Positions 17,105 to 27,601 of a stretch of DNA of 64,000 nt are shown piece by piece. Position 1 is the stretch's first letter. Each line of letters begins with the position of its first letter. The notes beneath the pieces are model-generated. The model had not been told where the DNA came from. It saw only the letters and a list, made by a program, of their open reading frames with translations, and ran no database searches. Origin of the DNA: an uncultured Clostridium sp. (GTDB taxonomy: Bacteria; Bacillota; Clostridia; Clostridiales; Clostridiaceae); NCBI GenBank assembly GCA_900548455.1, contig URKQ01000007.1, positions 34,050 through 98,049 on the forward strand. Direction: 5' to 3'. Made by a program: the position numbers and the translations under genes.

Positions 17105-17770
17105 CTACTTATTAACCTTTATGGCTCTTCTCATATTACTAAAAATGAATCCTATAATTTCTTCTCTTATTTTAGAATCAATATATTTAAATTTAATTCC
17201 ATAAGTAAACTCTTTTTCTTTTACATTTATCATGCCCTCAGATCTAATCACTTCTGTAATAGCTATTACAGGACTATTTCCTATTACCGTTTTAATAACC
17301 ATAAGTTGTCCTAGATTTAATTCGTGAGCCATCTGCACACGCATTCCGCCTCCACTTAAATCTAAAGACTTTCCTTTATAAAAATCACAATGATTTAAAT
17401 CTTGTAATATACTTTCATTGTACTTATCAACAGGCATGTACTTTATAGTATTTACAAATGGAATTCTAACATGATCTCTTCTTTGGATTTTTTCAAGTTC
17501 ACTGGTAGTTTCAAGAATTATTAGTGGAATTCTTTCTATCTTTCTTCCTACTACCTTTGCCTCAAATCCGTATATGTTACCTTTTCCATCATTGTATGTG
17601 CAATCAACAACATCACCGTTTGATAATAGATAACTTTTCCCACCTACTACCGGAACAGCAATTGCAATTCTATCATCTGAAACTTCCTGAATAATTGATT
17701 TTGCATTCTCATTTTCATTTGTACTTATTTCAATTCTATTATTAACCTCCATAGTAACTGTGACTGCCAT
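17105..17770 (-). CDS. PilZ-domain flagellar brake (YcgR/MotI-like)
   Basis: QRRDHVR (RxxxR) and DLSGGG (DxSxxG). Confidence 0.88.
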   Translation of the reverse strand: MAVTVTMEVNNRIEISTNENENAKSIIQEVSDDRIAIAVPVVGGKSYLLSNGDVVDCTYNDGKGNIYGFEAKVVGRKIERIPLIILETTSELEKIQRRDHVRIPFVNTIKYMPVDKYNESILQDLNHCDFYKGKSLDLSGGGMRVQMAHELNLGQLMVIKTVIGNSPVIAITEVIRSEGMINVKEKEFTYGIKFKYIDSKIREEIIGFIFSNMRRAIKVNK

Positions 17771-17779
17771 AATTACCTC

Positions 17780-18646
17780 CTATGAAAAAATTTTAAGCAT
17801 TTTTTTAAATATTCCTTGCAGATTTTTTCCTGCAACACCTTTAGTTCCTTCTAAGCTTTCAGCAATCTTTGCAATATCTCTGGAAGCATCACTTTTAGGA
17901 AATGCCAGAATTACTGGTTTTTGCATTCTAACAGCTTGTACCAATTTCTTGTCCTCTGATATATTCCCTATATGAGTCAATTCTGTATTTAAAAATCTCC
18001 AAGCTGAATTTTGAAGTCTTTTAAATGTGTTTAGTCCCTCTTGTAATTCCAATACTCTATTTACGATGACTTTAGCATTACTCTTAACGTTATAATTATA
18101 AAGTGTCTTAAGTAAGCTATATGCATCTGTAAGTGCTGTAGGTTCTGGTGTAGTAACAAGTATTATTTCATCACTACAATCGATAAATGCTAAGGACGTG
18201 CGGTTAATTCCTGCTCCTGTATCAATTAAAATATAATCAAATCCCCTTAAGGAACCAAGCTCCTTTATTAGTAGATCCCTTTGAAACTTATCCAAATCAT
18301 CTATTTTAGAAAGTCCAGTTCCACCACACAATACCTTTACTCCTAAAGGTCCATTAATCATCACTTCTTCAATTGTTTTACCTCTATATATAACATCAAA
18401 TATGGTATATTTAGGTATAGTTCCAATTAAAACATCAACATTTGCCATACCTATATCTGCATCTAACACCAATATATTTTTACCTAGTTTTCTTAAGGCA
18501 ATAGCTAGATTAATCACTAAATTGCTCTTACCAACTCCACCTTTTCCTGAGGCTATGGTAAATACTTTAGTATACTCAGAATTATTTTCTTCTTTTATAT
18601 TATTCTCCCAAGCCATCTGCCTCAATTTAGCTGCTTGATCTAACAT
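17780..18646 (-). CDS. flhG: MinD-like ATPase FlhG
   Basis: DQAAKLR, SGKGGVGKS, TPEPTALTDAY; follows flhF. Confidence 0.9.
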   Translation of the reverse strand: MLDQAAKLRQMAWENNIKEENNSEYTKVFTIASGKGGVGKSNLVINLAIALRKLGKNILVLDADIGMANVDVLIGTIPKYTIFDVIYRGKTIEEVMINGPLGVKVLCGGTGLSKIDDLDKFQRDLLIKELGSLRGFDYILIDTGAGINRTSLAFIDCSDEIILVTTPEPTALTDAYSLLKTLYNYNVKSNAKVIVNRVLELQEGLNTFKRLQNSAWRFLNTELTHIGNISEDKKLVQAVRMQKPVILAFPKSDASRDIAKIAESLEGTKGVAGKNLQGIFKKMLKIFS

Positions 18647-19797
18647 ACATCCTTTTCTCCTAATACAATATCAATTATTTCTTCCCTTGAAGGTACTCTT
18701 ATATCCTCTGGAACACTTTGTCCAAATGTTATATATTTTATTGGCACCTTAGTTCTTTTACATAAGTTTATAAGCGCTCCATAAGTTGAAGTTTCATCTA
18801 ATTTAGTTAAAATAACTCCTCTATAATCTAAAGTTGAAAATCCTTCTGAAATAATATCTATATCCTTTTCCTTTGTAGTAGCACTAACAACTAAATAACT
18901 AGAATTAACATTGGCCTTATCAATGTATGCTTTTAATTCCATTACCTGCATGGTATTTTTACTACTTCTACCAGTAGTATCAATTAAAATTACATCACAA
19001 TCTTTCATAGCTTCAATAGCTTCTTCCATCTCTCCAATAGAAAATACTACTTTAAACTTTATATTCATAATTTCAGCATAAGTGCGAAGCTGTTCCACAG
19101 CACCAATTCTATATGTGTCAACGGTTATAAGTCCAACTTTTTTTCTTTTTATTAAAGCTAAATTCCCAGCTAATTTTGCAATAGTTGTAGTCTTACCTAC
19201 CCCCGTAGGTCCCACTAAGGCTACAACCCCACTAATTTCACCTTCATCCACTGTTATATAATTTTCAATAGATTGCCTTATGAATTTATCCGCATCTTTC
19301 TCACTTAACAATTCAACTTTTTTATCTTCTAAGTCTTTTTTTATATCTTTTATAATTGACTTAGGTACATCCATATCACTTAGTTTCTCTTCTATGTATT
19401 TTAAAAATTTAATATCATTATCTATTACTGAATTATCTACTTTTTCATCAATCTTTTTTTCTTGCTCTTGTTTTAACTCATCATTTTTAACCTTTATATA
19501 AGCATTTAAAATAGATTTCATTTCCTCTACTTCTTTACGAATTTCTTTATCTTCTTCATAATTAATTTCTTCTTTTTTATAAACATCACTTACATTACTA
19601 TTTGGTATAAAGCTTTTATTTTTCTCTAGAGTTTCAACTGTAGCTGTTATTTCCACAATCTTAGGGGAAAAGAAGCCCATAAACCCTGGCTTCCTTATGG
19701 CCCTTTGACTTATTATTACCGCTTCTTTACCTAAGTCTCTTTCAACCTTTTTAAGTGCCTCTTTAGCATTTGCACCCACATACTTTTTTATAATCAT
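18640..19797 (-). CDS. flhF: SRP-type GTPase FlhF
   Basis: GPTGVGKTTTIAKLA, DTYRIGAVEQL, TKLDET, GQSVPED. Confidence 0.95.
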   Translation of the reverse strand: MIIKKYVGANAKEALKKVERDLGKEAVIISQRAIRKPGFMGFFSPKIVEITATVETLEKNKSFIPNSNVSDVYKKEEINYEEDKEIRKEVEEMKSILNAYIKVKNDELKQEQEKKIDEKVDNSVIDNDIKFLKYIEEKLSDMDVPKSIIKDIKKDLEDKKVELLSEKDADKFIRQSIENYITVDEGEISGVVALVGPTGVGKTTTIAKLAGNLALIKRKKVGLITVDTYRIGAVEQLRTYAEIMNIKFKVVFSIGEMEEAIEAMKDCDVILIDTTGRSSKNTMQVMELKAYIDKANVNSSYLVVSATTKEKDIDIISEGFSTLDYRGVILTKLDETSTYGALINLCKRTKVPIKYITFGQSVPEDIRVPSREEIIDIVLGEKDVC

Positions 19798-21860
19798 TAG
19801 ATAGATACAACTCCTTCAGTTCTTATCTGTATATCATTTGGAACTTCATTTAATGACAATACTACAACATTTGGGAAAACCATCTCTATAAGTTTTCTAA
19901 AGGCTGCCCTAATTTTAGGTGAAACAATAATAACTGGAACATTGGTTGGAAAATGAGTATTTTCAAGCATGCCCTTTATACTGTTAAATATGGCTGTTGT
20001 AATATCCGGATTAATTGCTGGGAATGAACCCTGCATTGACTTTTGAATATTACTTCCAATAATTCTCTCTAAATCTGGAGAAATAGTTACTGCTATTATT
20101 CTACCTTCCTCGTCAATTAAGTTATTACAAATGCTTCTACTTAACGAGTACCTTACATACTCAGTTAAAATTTCAATATCCTTAGTATTTCTAGAATGAT
20201 CTGCTAAAGTTTCTAAAATAGTTACCATATCTTTTATTGGAACCTTTTCTTTTAAAAGACCTTGAAGTACTTTCTGAATTTCCCCAATAGTCATTAAATC
20301 TGGTACTAATTCCTCTACAACGGTACTATACTTTTCTTTAACTGCATCTAAAATAAGTTTTGTTTCTTGTCTACCTAATAACTCATGACAGTGACTCTTA
20401 ATTGTCTCAGTTAAATGGGTTACCATAACTGTTGTAGGGTCAACTACTGTGAAACCTTTAATTTCTGCTTCCTCTCTTTGATCTTTATTAATCCAAAGAG
20501 CTTCAATACCAAAGGTAGGTTCAATAGTTTTTATACCAGGCATAGTGACTTCTTCTCCTGAAGGATTCATGCATAAAAGCATATTCGGCATTATTTCAGC
20601 TCTTGCAATAATAGTGCCTCTAATCTTTATAACATATTCATTGTTTCTAACTTGAAGATTGTCTCTAATTCTAATAGGTTGAACTACAATACCCATTTCA
20701 ATAGCACACTGTCTTCTAACTGAAGCAATTCTTTGAAGCAAGTCTCCTCCTGTACTTTCATCTGCCATAGGAATAAGTCCATATCCTATCTCAACCTCTA
20801 AAGGTTCTACCGAAATTAAGTCCATAACATTCTCTGGTTCTCTTTTTTCTGTTTCCACAATTTCTTGCTCTTGTATCTCAATCTCCTTTTTTGCTTGACT
20901 CTTCTCATCTTTATATAGAAGGTAAGCTGCATATCCAGTTCCTATACCTAATCCAAAGAAGATTACAGTCGGCATATCAGGAACTAATCCAAGTATTATA
21001 AGTACAAAAGCCGCTATAGCTATTACTACTGGAAAAGCTGTAAGCTGAGATGTTACCTGTGAACCGAAGTTTTCTTCACTTCCAGATCTAGTAACTAAAA
21101 TACCTGATGCTGTAGAGATTAATAGAGCTGGCAGCTGACTTACAAGTCCATCACCTATTGTTAATTTTGTAAATGTTCCTGCAGCTTCCCCTGCTGTCAT
21201 ATCCATGGTTACCATTCCTATGATAATTCCACCAAGAATATTTATAATAGTTATGATAATACCTGCTATGGCATCACCTTTAACAAACTTAGACGCCCCA
21301 TCCATAGCTCCATAAAAATCAGCTTCTTTTTGAAGGTCCAATCTTTTCTTCCTTGCCTCTGCTTCTGTAAGTATTCCTGCATTTAAATCTGCATCAATAC
21401 TCATTTGTTTTCCAGGCATAGCATCTAATGTAAATCTAGCTGATACCTCAGAAACTCTTCCTGCACCACTTGTAATAACCATAAATTGAATTATTACTAT
21501 GATTAAAAATATTATTATACCTACAATATAATTTCCACCTATAACAAACTCACCAAAAGCTTGTACTATCTTACCTGCGTTAGCTTCACCTAAAATTAAC
21601 CTTGTAGAAGATACATTTAGAGCTAGTCTAAACAGAGTTGTTACTAAAAGCAGTGTTGGAAAAACTGATAACTGCAATACATTTGTAGTAAACATTGTAA
21701 GAAGCATTATTACTACGGAAATAGATATATTAATGGCAAAGAATATATCTAATATGCCCGGTGGCAATGGTATAATTATCATTAGTACTATAAGAATTAC
21801 TCCAAAGGCAATTACTATATCTATATTATTCTTAATACTAAATTTCTTATCTTTTAGCAT
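19797..21860 (-). CDS. flhA: Flagellar export gate FlhA
   Basis: EVSARFTLDAMPGKQMSIDADL, FYGAMDGASKFVKGDA. Confidence 0.97.
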   Translation of the reverse strand: MLKDKKFSIKNNIDIVIAFGVILIVLMIIIPLPPGILDIFFAINISISVVIMLLTMFTTNVLQLSVFPTLLLVTTLFRLALNVSSTRLILGEANAGKIVQAFGEFVIGGNYIVGIIIFLIIVIIQFMVITSGAGRVSEVSARFTLDAMPGKQMSIDADLNAGILTEAEARKKRLDLQKEADFYGAMDGASKFVKGDAIAGIIITIINILGGIIIGMVTMDMTAGEAAGTFTKLTIGDGLVSQLPALLISTASGILVTRSGSEENFGSQVTSQLTAFPVVIAIAAFVLIILGLVPDMPTVIFFGLGIGTGYAAYLLYKDEKSQAKKEIEIQEQEIVETEKREPENVMDLISVEPLEVEIGYGLIPMADESTGGDLLQRIASVRRQCAIEMGIVVQPIRIRDNLQVRNNEYVIKIRGTIIARAEIMPNMLLCMNPSGEEVTMPGIKTIEPTFGIEALWINKDQREEAEIKGFTVVDPTTVMVTHLTETIKSHCHELLGRQETKLILDAVKEKYSTVVEELVPDLMTIGEIQKVLQGLLKEKVPIKDMVTILETLADHSRNTKDIEILTEYVRYSLSRSICNNLIDEEGRIIAVTISPDLERIIGSNIQKSMQGSFPAINPDITTAIFNSIKGMLENTHFPTNVPVIIVSPKIRAAFRKLIEMVFPNVVVLSLNEVPNDIQIRTEGVVSI

Positions 21861-21880
21861 ATAATATCATCCTTTTTGTA

Positions 21881-23716
21881 TTATTTCTTCATCTTTAAAA
21901 CTAAAACTAAAATTTCTGCCACTGCCTTGTACATATCAATAGGAATTTCTTTATCTAATTCCACTTCCTTGAACATAAGTCTAGCTAGTGGTTTATTTTC
22001 AATAATTGGCACCTTATTTTCTATAGCAAGTTCTTTAATTCTTAAAGCTACATTTTCACTACCTTTAGCTATAACCTTTGGTGCTGCTCCACTATTCTCT
22101 TCATATTTTAAAGCTACGGCAATATGCGTTGGATTGGTAATTACAACTGTAGCATCTGGTACAGATTGCATCATCCTTCTCATTGCTAATTCCCTTTGCT
22201 TTTGTCTTCTCTTTCCTTTTATTTGAGGATCTCCTTCTTGTTGTTTATACTCTTCTTTTATTTCTTGTTTAGTCATTTTAAGATCCTTAGTATGTTGAAA
22301 CTTTTGATATACAAAATCGACTACTCCAATGATTCCTAATGCAATTGTAACCTTTAGAAAAATTCCCTTACTAAGATTCACTATTTCTAAAAGCATAGCC
22401 GAAAATTTATAATTCCCCATATTTATAATTGAATAATAATTATCTTTTAAATAGGAATATCCTATGTATCCAATTACAGATACAATAGCAAGATTCTTTA
22501 CTAAATCTACTAAAGATCTTACTGAAAACATTCTTTTGAATCCACTAATTGGATTCAGTTTACTAAGTTGTGGCTTTAGTGGTTCCCCTGAATGAATAAA
22601 TCCTACTTGAGCTATACTGCCTATAACTCCAAATGCCATAACAGGAAGGGCCACTGGTAAAAATATCATAAAGATATAAATCATTGACTTAACTAAAACT
22701 TTTATAACACTTTGTTCATTAATAGCGTAATTTAGATATCCACCTAAAAATAACTCCATAACTTCTTTAAGTGTGCTAATTATAAATCCGCTAAGCATAG
22801 CTATAACTAAAGTTGTCCCAACTAAAGTTAGCGCTGATGATAATTCTTTACTTCTTGCAACTTGACCTTTCTTTTTTGCATCTTCCAACTTTTTAGGAGT
22901 TGGTTTTTCACTTTTATCTCCACTGTCATTGGATGCAGATATCAAGACTATTGGTACTAATTTAAAAATTTCATTAAATATATCTTTTATAGTTCCAAAA
23001 TTGTTCCCTATGGTTTTTATAATAACCGGTAATAAAATACTTAATGTTACTAGACCTATTGCAATTTTTATTGGTATTGCTAGTATCATTGCATTTAACT
23101 GTGGCATTACTCTTGAAACAAGACCTAAAACAATTTCAGAAATTAGTATAATGATTATAATTGGTATTGCTATTCTAAATCCAATACTAAAAAATTCAAA
23201 AATCACTTGAATTATATAGTTTAACACCTCTGTGTTTAAAACAAAATTTCCTATAGGAACAGCTGTAAAACTATCTAGCAAACATTGAATCAATATATGA
23301 TGTCCATCTACTAGAAGAAAAACTGCAACGCAAATCCAGTACATTGTTCTTCCCATAAGGGAAGACGTTTCCCCCATCTGTGGATCGTAAATCATAGCCA
23401 TGGAAAATCCCATTGAAAAATCCATAAACTGTCCAGCCATTCTAATAACACTAAAAATTAAATTAACTATGTATCCTAAGCAAAGACCTAGTATAATTTC
23501 CTTACCCATTAGAACTATTAAAGTTCCCGTATTAGTAATTGTAGGTATGCTATTAACATCTATTACCGGTGTAACAATCATTGCGATTAAAAGCCCCATA
23601 CCTACTTTAGCTAAGTTGGGAGTCTCTGTTGGGAAAAAAACAGAAACGGTACCTATCATTGCAGTAATCCTCATAAATACCATTAAAAAGGCTATAAATA
23701 CTACTATATCTACCAA
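21881..23716 (-). CDS. fliR-flhB: Fused FliR-FlhB export protein
   Basis: FliR-like N-half; KSEKPTPKKL, EGDPQIK and NPTH autocleavage motif. Confidence 0.93.
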   Translation of the reverse strand: MVDIVVFIAFLMVFMRITAMIGTVSVFFPTETPNLAKVGMGLLIAMIVTPVIDVNSIPTITNTGTLIVLMGKEIILGLCLGYIVNLIFSVIRMAGQFMDFSMGFSMAMIYDPQMGETSSLMGRTMYWICVAVFLLVDGHHILIQCLLDSFTAVPIGNFVLNTEVLNYIIQVIFEFFSIGFRIAIPIIIIILISEIVLGLVSRVMPQLNAMILAIPIKIAIGLVTLSILLPVIIKTIGNNFGTIKDIFNEIFKLVPIVLISASNDSGDKSEKPTPKKLEDAKKKGQVARSKELSSALTLVGTTLVIAMLSGFIISTLKEVMELFLGGYLNYAINEQSVIKVLVKSMIYIFMIFLPVALPVMAFGVIGSIAQVGFIHSGEPLKPQLSKLNPISGFKRMFSVRSLVDLVKNLAIVSVIGYIGYSYLKDNYYSIINMGNYKFSAMLLEIVNLSKGIFLKVTIALGIIGVVDFVYQKFQHTKDLKMTKQEIKEEYKQQEGDPQIKGKRRQKQRELAMRRMMQSVPDATVVITNPTHIAVALKYEENSGAAPKVIAKGSENVALRIKELAIENKVPIIENKPLARLMFKEVELDKEIPIDMYKAVAEILVLVLKMKK

Positions 23717-23733
23717 CGTTATCCCACCTAAGC

Positions 23734-23997
23734 TTAAATATTAGAAATTATAGAAAAAATTCTTCTTGTAAATTCCATAACTGTGTTTCCCATAAATCCA
23801 GCAAGTAATAATCCAACAAGAGCTACAGCTATAACTTTAGGTACAAAAGTTAGTGTCTGTTCCTGTATTTGAGTTGTTGCTTGAAATATACTAACGATAA
23901 GTCCTACAACAGTAGCAACAATTAATAGAGGACCTGCTACCATAAGAGTAGTTTTTATCATGTCTTGTAAAATTGCAATTACCATGGTTTGTGTCAT
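23734..23997 (-). CDS. fliQ: FliQ
   Basis: FQATTQIQEQTLTFVPK. Confidence 0.95.
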   Translation of the reverse strand: MTQTMVIAILQDMIKTTLMVAGPLLIVATVVGLIVSIFQATTQIQEQTLTFVPKVIAVALVGLLLAGFMGNTVMEFTRRIFSIISNI

Positions 23998-24011
23998 CTT
24001 CTACGCCTCCT

Positions 24012-24836
24012 TTAAAATCCTAAAATCAAAGACTGACTTAGTAGATTCCAACCATCTACAAGTACAAATAAAAGTAACTTAAATGGTAGTGAAATCATTG
24101 CTGGTTGTAACATAAACATACCCATGGACATAAGCACACAAGATGTAACTATATCAATAAGAATAAATGGAATAAATAACAAGAATCCTATTTCAAAAGC
24201 TGTTCTAAGTTCGCTTATCATAAACGCGGGCATTATAACATATAACGGTACCTTGTCATAATTATAAGTTTCAACTCCATCTTCATCTGTTTCAACTTGC
24301 ACAGCATCCTTAATATCTCTCGCCTCTAAGAATAATTTTAAATCATTTACCCTTGTTTGCTTAAGCATAAAATCCCGCATAGGCTTTACTCCCGCTTCTT
24401 TAGCTTGATCTAAAGAAATCTCTTCAGCCAAATATGGCTTTACTGCTTTATCATTAATTTCAGTAAAAGTTGGAGCCATTACAAAGAATGTTAAAAATAG
24501 TGCTAATCCTACTATAACTTGTCTTGGTATGTTTTGTGCAGCTCCAATGGCACTTTTAAAAAATGATAGAACAGTTACAATTCTTACAAACCCTGTTGTC
24601 ATTATAAGAATTGAAGGAAGCAGAGTAAGTACTGTAAGTAATAAAAGTAGCTTAATATTATCTACATATTCTACAGGAGTTTTTCCATTTCCCTCACCAA
24701 AATTAATGCTTATATCAGGAATTGGAAGAGTATTATCTAGAGCGTATACTACTTTACTTGTAGCAATGCACAATACAGATACAACTAATATAATCATTAA
24801 TGGTTTAATATATTTTTTAAAATTAATGTTTTTCAT
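24012..24836 (-). CDS. fliP: FliP
   Basis: PAFMISELRTAF, ISLPFKLLLFVLVDGW. Confidence 0.95.
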   Translation of the reverse strand: MKNINFKKYIKPLMIILVVSVLCIATSKVVYALDNTLPIPDISINFGEGNGKTPVEYVDNIKLLLLLTVLTLLPSILIMTTGFVRIVTVLSFFKSAIGAAQNIPRQVIVGLALFLTFFVMAPTFTEINDKAVKPYLAEEISLDQAKEAGVKPMRDFMLKQTRVNDLKLFLEARDIKDAVQVETDEDGVETYNYDKVPLYVIMPAFMISELRTAFEIGFLLFIPFILIDIVTSCVLMSMGMFMLQPAMISLPFKLLLFVLVDGWNLLSQSLILGF

Positions 24837-24854
24837 AGGTAATATTCCTTCATT

Positions 24855-25211
24855 CTAAATGTTTTTTCCTTTCCAAGGAAATTTAATATTTGAGAACTTT
24901 ATTTTGTCTTCATCTTTAGTTATGTCTTTTAAGGGAGCTGTAGTTAAATTTTCAATCTCTCCTTCTTCAATTTCACGTACTATGTCTACCTTCCCAGGAG
25001 ATGATGTAACTAGATAAAATTTTTCTCCTATCTTAACTATAAAAATCCCATTATCTTTAGATAGGGGCAATCTATCTATAACTTTCATAGAGGATGCCCT
25101 TCCCCCAAGATTGCTATACTTTTCTGCAATCTTTCCAAGCCATAAAATTAAAGCTATAACTACCGGTAAAAATATGGCTAATTTTATTACACTCCATAGT
25201 ACTTGTCCCAT
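24855..25211 (-). CDS. fliO: FliO/FliZ
   Basis: One TM helix then MKVIDRLPL; lies upstream of fliP. Confidence 0.8.
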   Translation of the reverse strand: MGQVLWSVIKLAIFLPVVIALILWLGKIAEKYSNLGGRASSMKVIDRLPLSKDNGIFIVKIGEKFYLVTSSPGKVDIVREIEEGEIENLTTAPLKDITKDEDKIKFSNIKFPWKGKNI

Positions 25212-25219
25212 TTTATCAC

Positions 25220-25726
25220 CTACTGTACTATTAAATCTGTAAAGTATACATTTGTAATTTGTCCTTTAGTTAAAATTCCATTAATACTTGACTTTAACTG
25301 CTCTTTTAGTAAAGTTTCTCCTTCTGATGTAAAATCAGTTGAAAGCTTCGATCTTAAAGTCTTTGTAATGATGTCTCTAATTTGTGGTGTAGCTTTCTTA
25401 AGTTCTTCTTCTAAATCCTTATTTTCTACATCTCCACCCAAATACATATCTATTTTAAGAAATCTCGACTTATTCTCATCTTTTAAGTTTACTAAAAATT
25501 GCTCCAGTTTAAAAGTAAATTCTTCAACTTTTTTCTCTTGTTGTACTTTTTCTGAACTTCCACTTCCAATACTCTTAGTAGCTGCCATATAACCAATAAA
25601 AACTGCTCCCGCAACTAAGACTAAGCCAATGACTGTAGCAATTACTATCAATATAACCTTTGAGCTTCCACCTTTTTCTTTTCCTGGTTCTTTCTCTTTG
25701 TTTACTTTTTTCTCTTTCTTTGCCAT
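25220..25726 (-). CDS. fliL: FliL
   Basis: TM helix, FLVNL, PQIRD, VYFTDLIVQ. Confidence 0.9.
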   Translation of the reverse strand: MAKKEKKVNKEKEPGKEKGGSSKVILIVIATVIGLVLVAGAVFIGYMAATKSIGSGSSEKVQQEKKVEEFTFKLEQFLVNLKDENKSRFLKIDMYLGGDVENKDLEEELKKATPQIRDIITKTLRSKLSTDFTSEGETLLKEQLKSSINGILTKGQITNVYFTDLIVQ

Positions 25727-25744
25727 TTCACTTACTCCTTTACT

Positions 25745-26500
25745 TTAGTTAGCAATATCTTGCTTTTCTTCTTCACTGTCTTTATTAGTTACTACTATTA
25801 TGTTAACTCTTCTGTTTTGTGCTCTTCCTTCCGCTGTATCATTACTAGCTATAGGTCGATATTCTCCATATCCTTGAGGTGAAATTTTAGCTGGATCCAA
25901 GCTAGAGTTTGTAGCAATTAAATAATCTAAAACACTTAGTGCTCTTGCTGTAGACAAATGATAATTATTAGGCATTGAAGGAGTATTGATTGGAACATTA
26001 TCCGTATGACCTTCTATAATAACGTCATTATCAACATTAGCAAGTAAAGTAGATACCTTGTCTAATACCTCCAGACTCTCCGGCTTTAAATTTGCCTTTC
26101 CTGTATCAAATAATACCCTATCTTTAAGTTCGATATTTAATCCCTTTTGATCTGAATAAATTTGAACTTCACCTTCTAGATTATTTTCTTTAATATATTT
26201 CATTATATCCTCTAAGATATCTTCATTTTCACTTTGTTGAACTTCAGTAGCTGTCTGATGGGGCTTACCAACTATAGGTACTTCTCCATTAGACATATTA
26301 AACTCTAAAATTGACTTTCCAGCTTCTCCTGTAAATATACTCTGCATAGCAACAGCAATTTGATTAAATTTCTGCGCATCTATTGTAGACATGGAGTAAA
26401 GCAAAACGAAGAACGTAAGTAATAGTGTTACTGTATCTGAATAAGTGGCTAACCATCCATCTGTTTTAACTTCTTTCTTATTCTTTGACTTCCTTGCCAT
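25745..26500 (-). CDS. motB: Stator MotB
   Basis: WLATYSDTVTLLLTFFVLLYSMS, EGHTDN, NRRV. Confidence 0.95.
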   Translation of the reverse strand: MARKSKNKKEVKTDGWLATYSDTVTLLLTFFVLLYSMSTIDAQKFNQIAVAMQSIFTGEAGKSILEFNMSNGEVPIVGKPHQTATEVQQSENEDILEDIMKYIKENNLEGEVQIYSDQKGLNIELKDRVLFDTGKANLKPESLEVLDKVSTLLANVDNDVIIEGHTDNVPINTPSMPNNYHLSTARALSVLDYLIATNSSLDPAKISPQGYGEYRPIASNDTAEGRAQNRRVNIIVVTNKDSEEEKQDIAN

Positions 26501-26510
26501 TACTACTCAC

Positions 26511-27305
26511 CTACTCTCTTTGTTCACTGTTATTGCTTACATACTCTTCTTTCTCTGCTGGTGATAAGTACACTAACATTTTATCTTCTATTATTCTTGG
26601 GTTAACACCAGATTGAATAGCAAGAACTCCTTCAATCATCATCTCCATACTATTTACCTCTTGAGATGTTTTATATGTTAACTTACCTGCAATTGGTAAT
26701 AAAAATAGATTCGCAAGAATTGACCCATAGAATGTAGTAATAAGTGCTTTTCCCATTCCAGAAGCAAGGTTTGAAGCATCCGAAAGGTTAGCAAGCATTT
26801 GTATAAGTCCTATAAGGGTTCCTGCCATACCCATTGCTGGTGCATATGCTCCCCAAGTATTAAACATATTTATTGATGTTTCATGTCTTCTTTCAAGTTC
26901 ACTTATTTCTAGTTCCATAATCTCTCTGATAACTTCTGGTTCAATACCATCAACTATCATGTTTAAACCTCTTTTTACAAAGTCATTTTCAATTCCTTGA
27001 ATATCTTCTTCTAATGAAAGTAATCCTTCTCTTCTAGCTTTTTTAGCTAAGCCAACAAATAAAGTGATATTATCTGTCTTAGATATTCCATCTTCCTTTA
27101 AAACTTGCATTGAAACTTTTCCAATTTTCTTTACTTCTTGCAATGGATATGACATCAATATAGCTCCAAAAGAACATCCTACCGTAATAGCAAATGATGG
27201 TATATCAACAAATTGTTTTAAAGCTCCTCCATTAAGCATTCCATAAAAAATAAGAACAACTGCAATAGCAAATCCTATTATAGTCATCGTATCATTCTTC
27301 TTCAT
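26511..27305 (-). CDS. motA: Stator MotA
   Basis: ARREGLLSLE, APAMGMAGTLIGLI, ALITTFYG. Confidence 0.95.
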   Translation of the reverse strand: MKKNDTMTIIGFAIAVVLIFYGMLNGGALKQFVDIPSFAITVGCSFGAILMSYPLQEVKKIGKVSMQVLKEDGISKTDNITLFVGLAKKARREGLLSLEEDIQGIENDFVKRGLNMIVDGIEPEVIREIMELEISELERRHETSINMFNTWGAYAPAMGMAGTLIGLIQMLANLSDASNLASGMGKALITTFYGSILANLFLLPIAGKLTYKTSQEVNSMEMMIEGVLAIQSGVNPRIIEDKMLVYLSPAEKEEYVSNNSEQRE

Positions 27306-27507
27306 GACTTTCCTCCACTCGCACTTTTGACCAATATCTTAACTTAAATTCCACAACCTTTTTAATTATTTCCTGTGGGCTTTCTTTAACTAAATACTTC
27401 TTTCCATTAACTAACGTAATTACAGTCTCTGGAACTGACTCTATTTTCTCTATATGCACTTCATTTAATATAAATTCTTTGCCACTTAAAGAAAAAACCT
27501 CTATCAT
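27292..27507 (-). CDS. flbD: FlbD/SwrD family protein
   Basis: LNEVHIEKIESVPETVITLVNGKKYLVKES. Confidence 0.88.
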   Translation of the reverse strand: MIEVFSLSGKEFILNEVHIEKIESVPETVITLVNGKKYLVKESPQEIIKKVVEFKLRYWSKVRVEESHEEE

Positions 27508-27533
27508 ATTGTTACCTCCTCAATTACAACCTT

Positions 27534-27568
27534 TCAATGATTAATGCCTAGTAGGCATTAATCATTGA
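27534..27568. other. 17-bp inverted repeat between flgE and flbD
   Basis: TCAATGATTAATGCCTA-g-TAGGCATTAATCATTGA. Confidence 0.85.
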
Positions 27569-27601
27569 TTGTTGTAGATTGAATATTATATATAAGTTAA
27601 T

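Noticed and set aside
21881..23716. FliR-FlhB fusion as a novelty or sequencing error
   Set aside because: Natural fusion already known in clostridia; the frame is continuous
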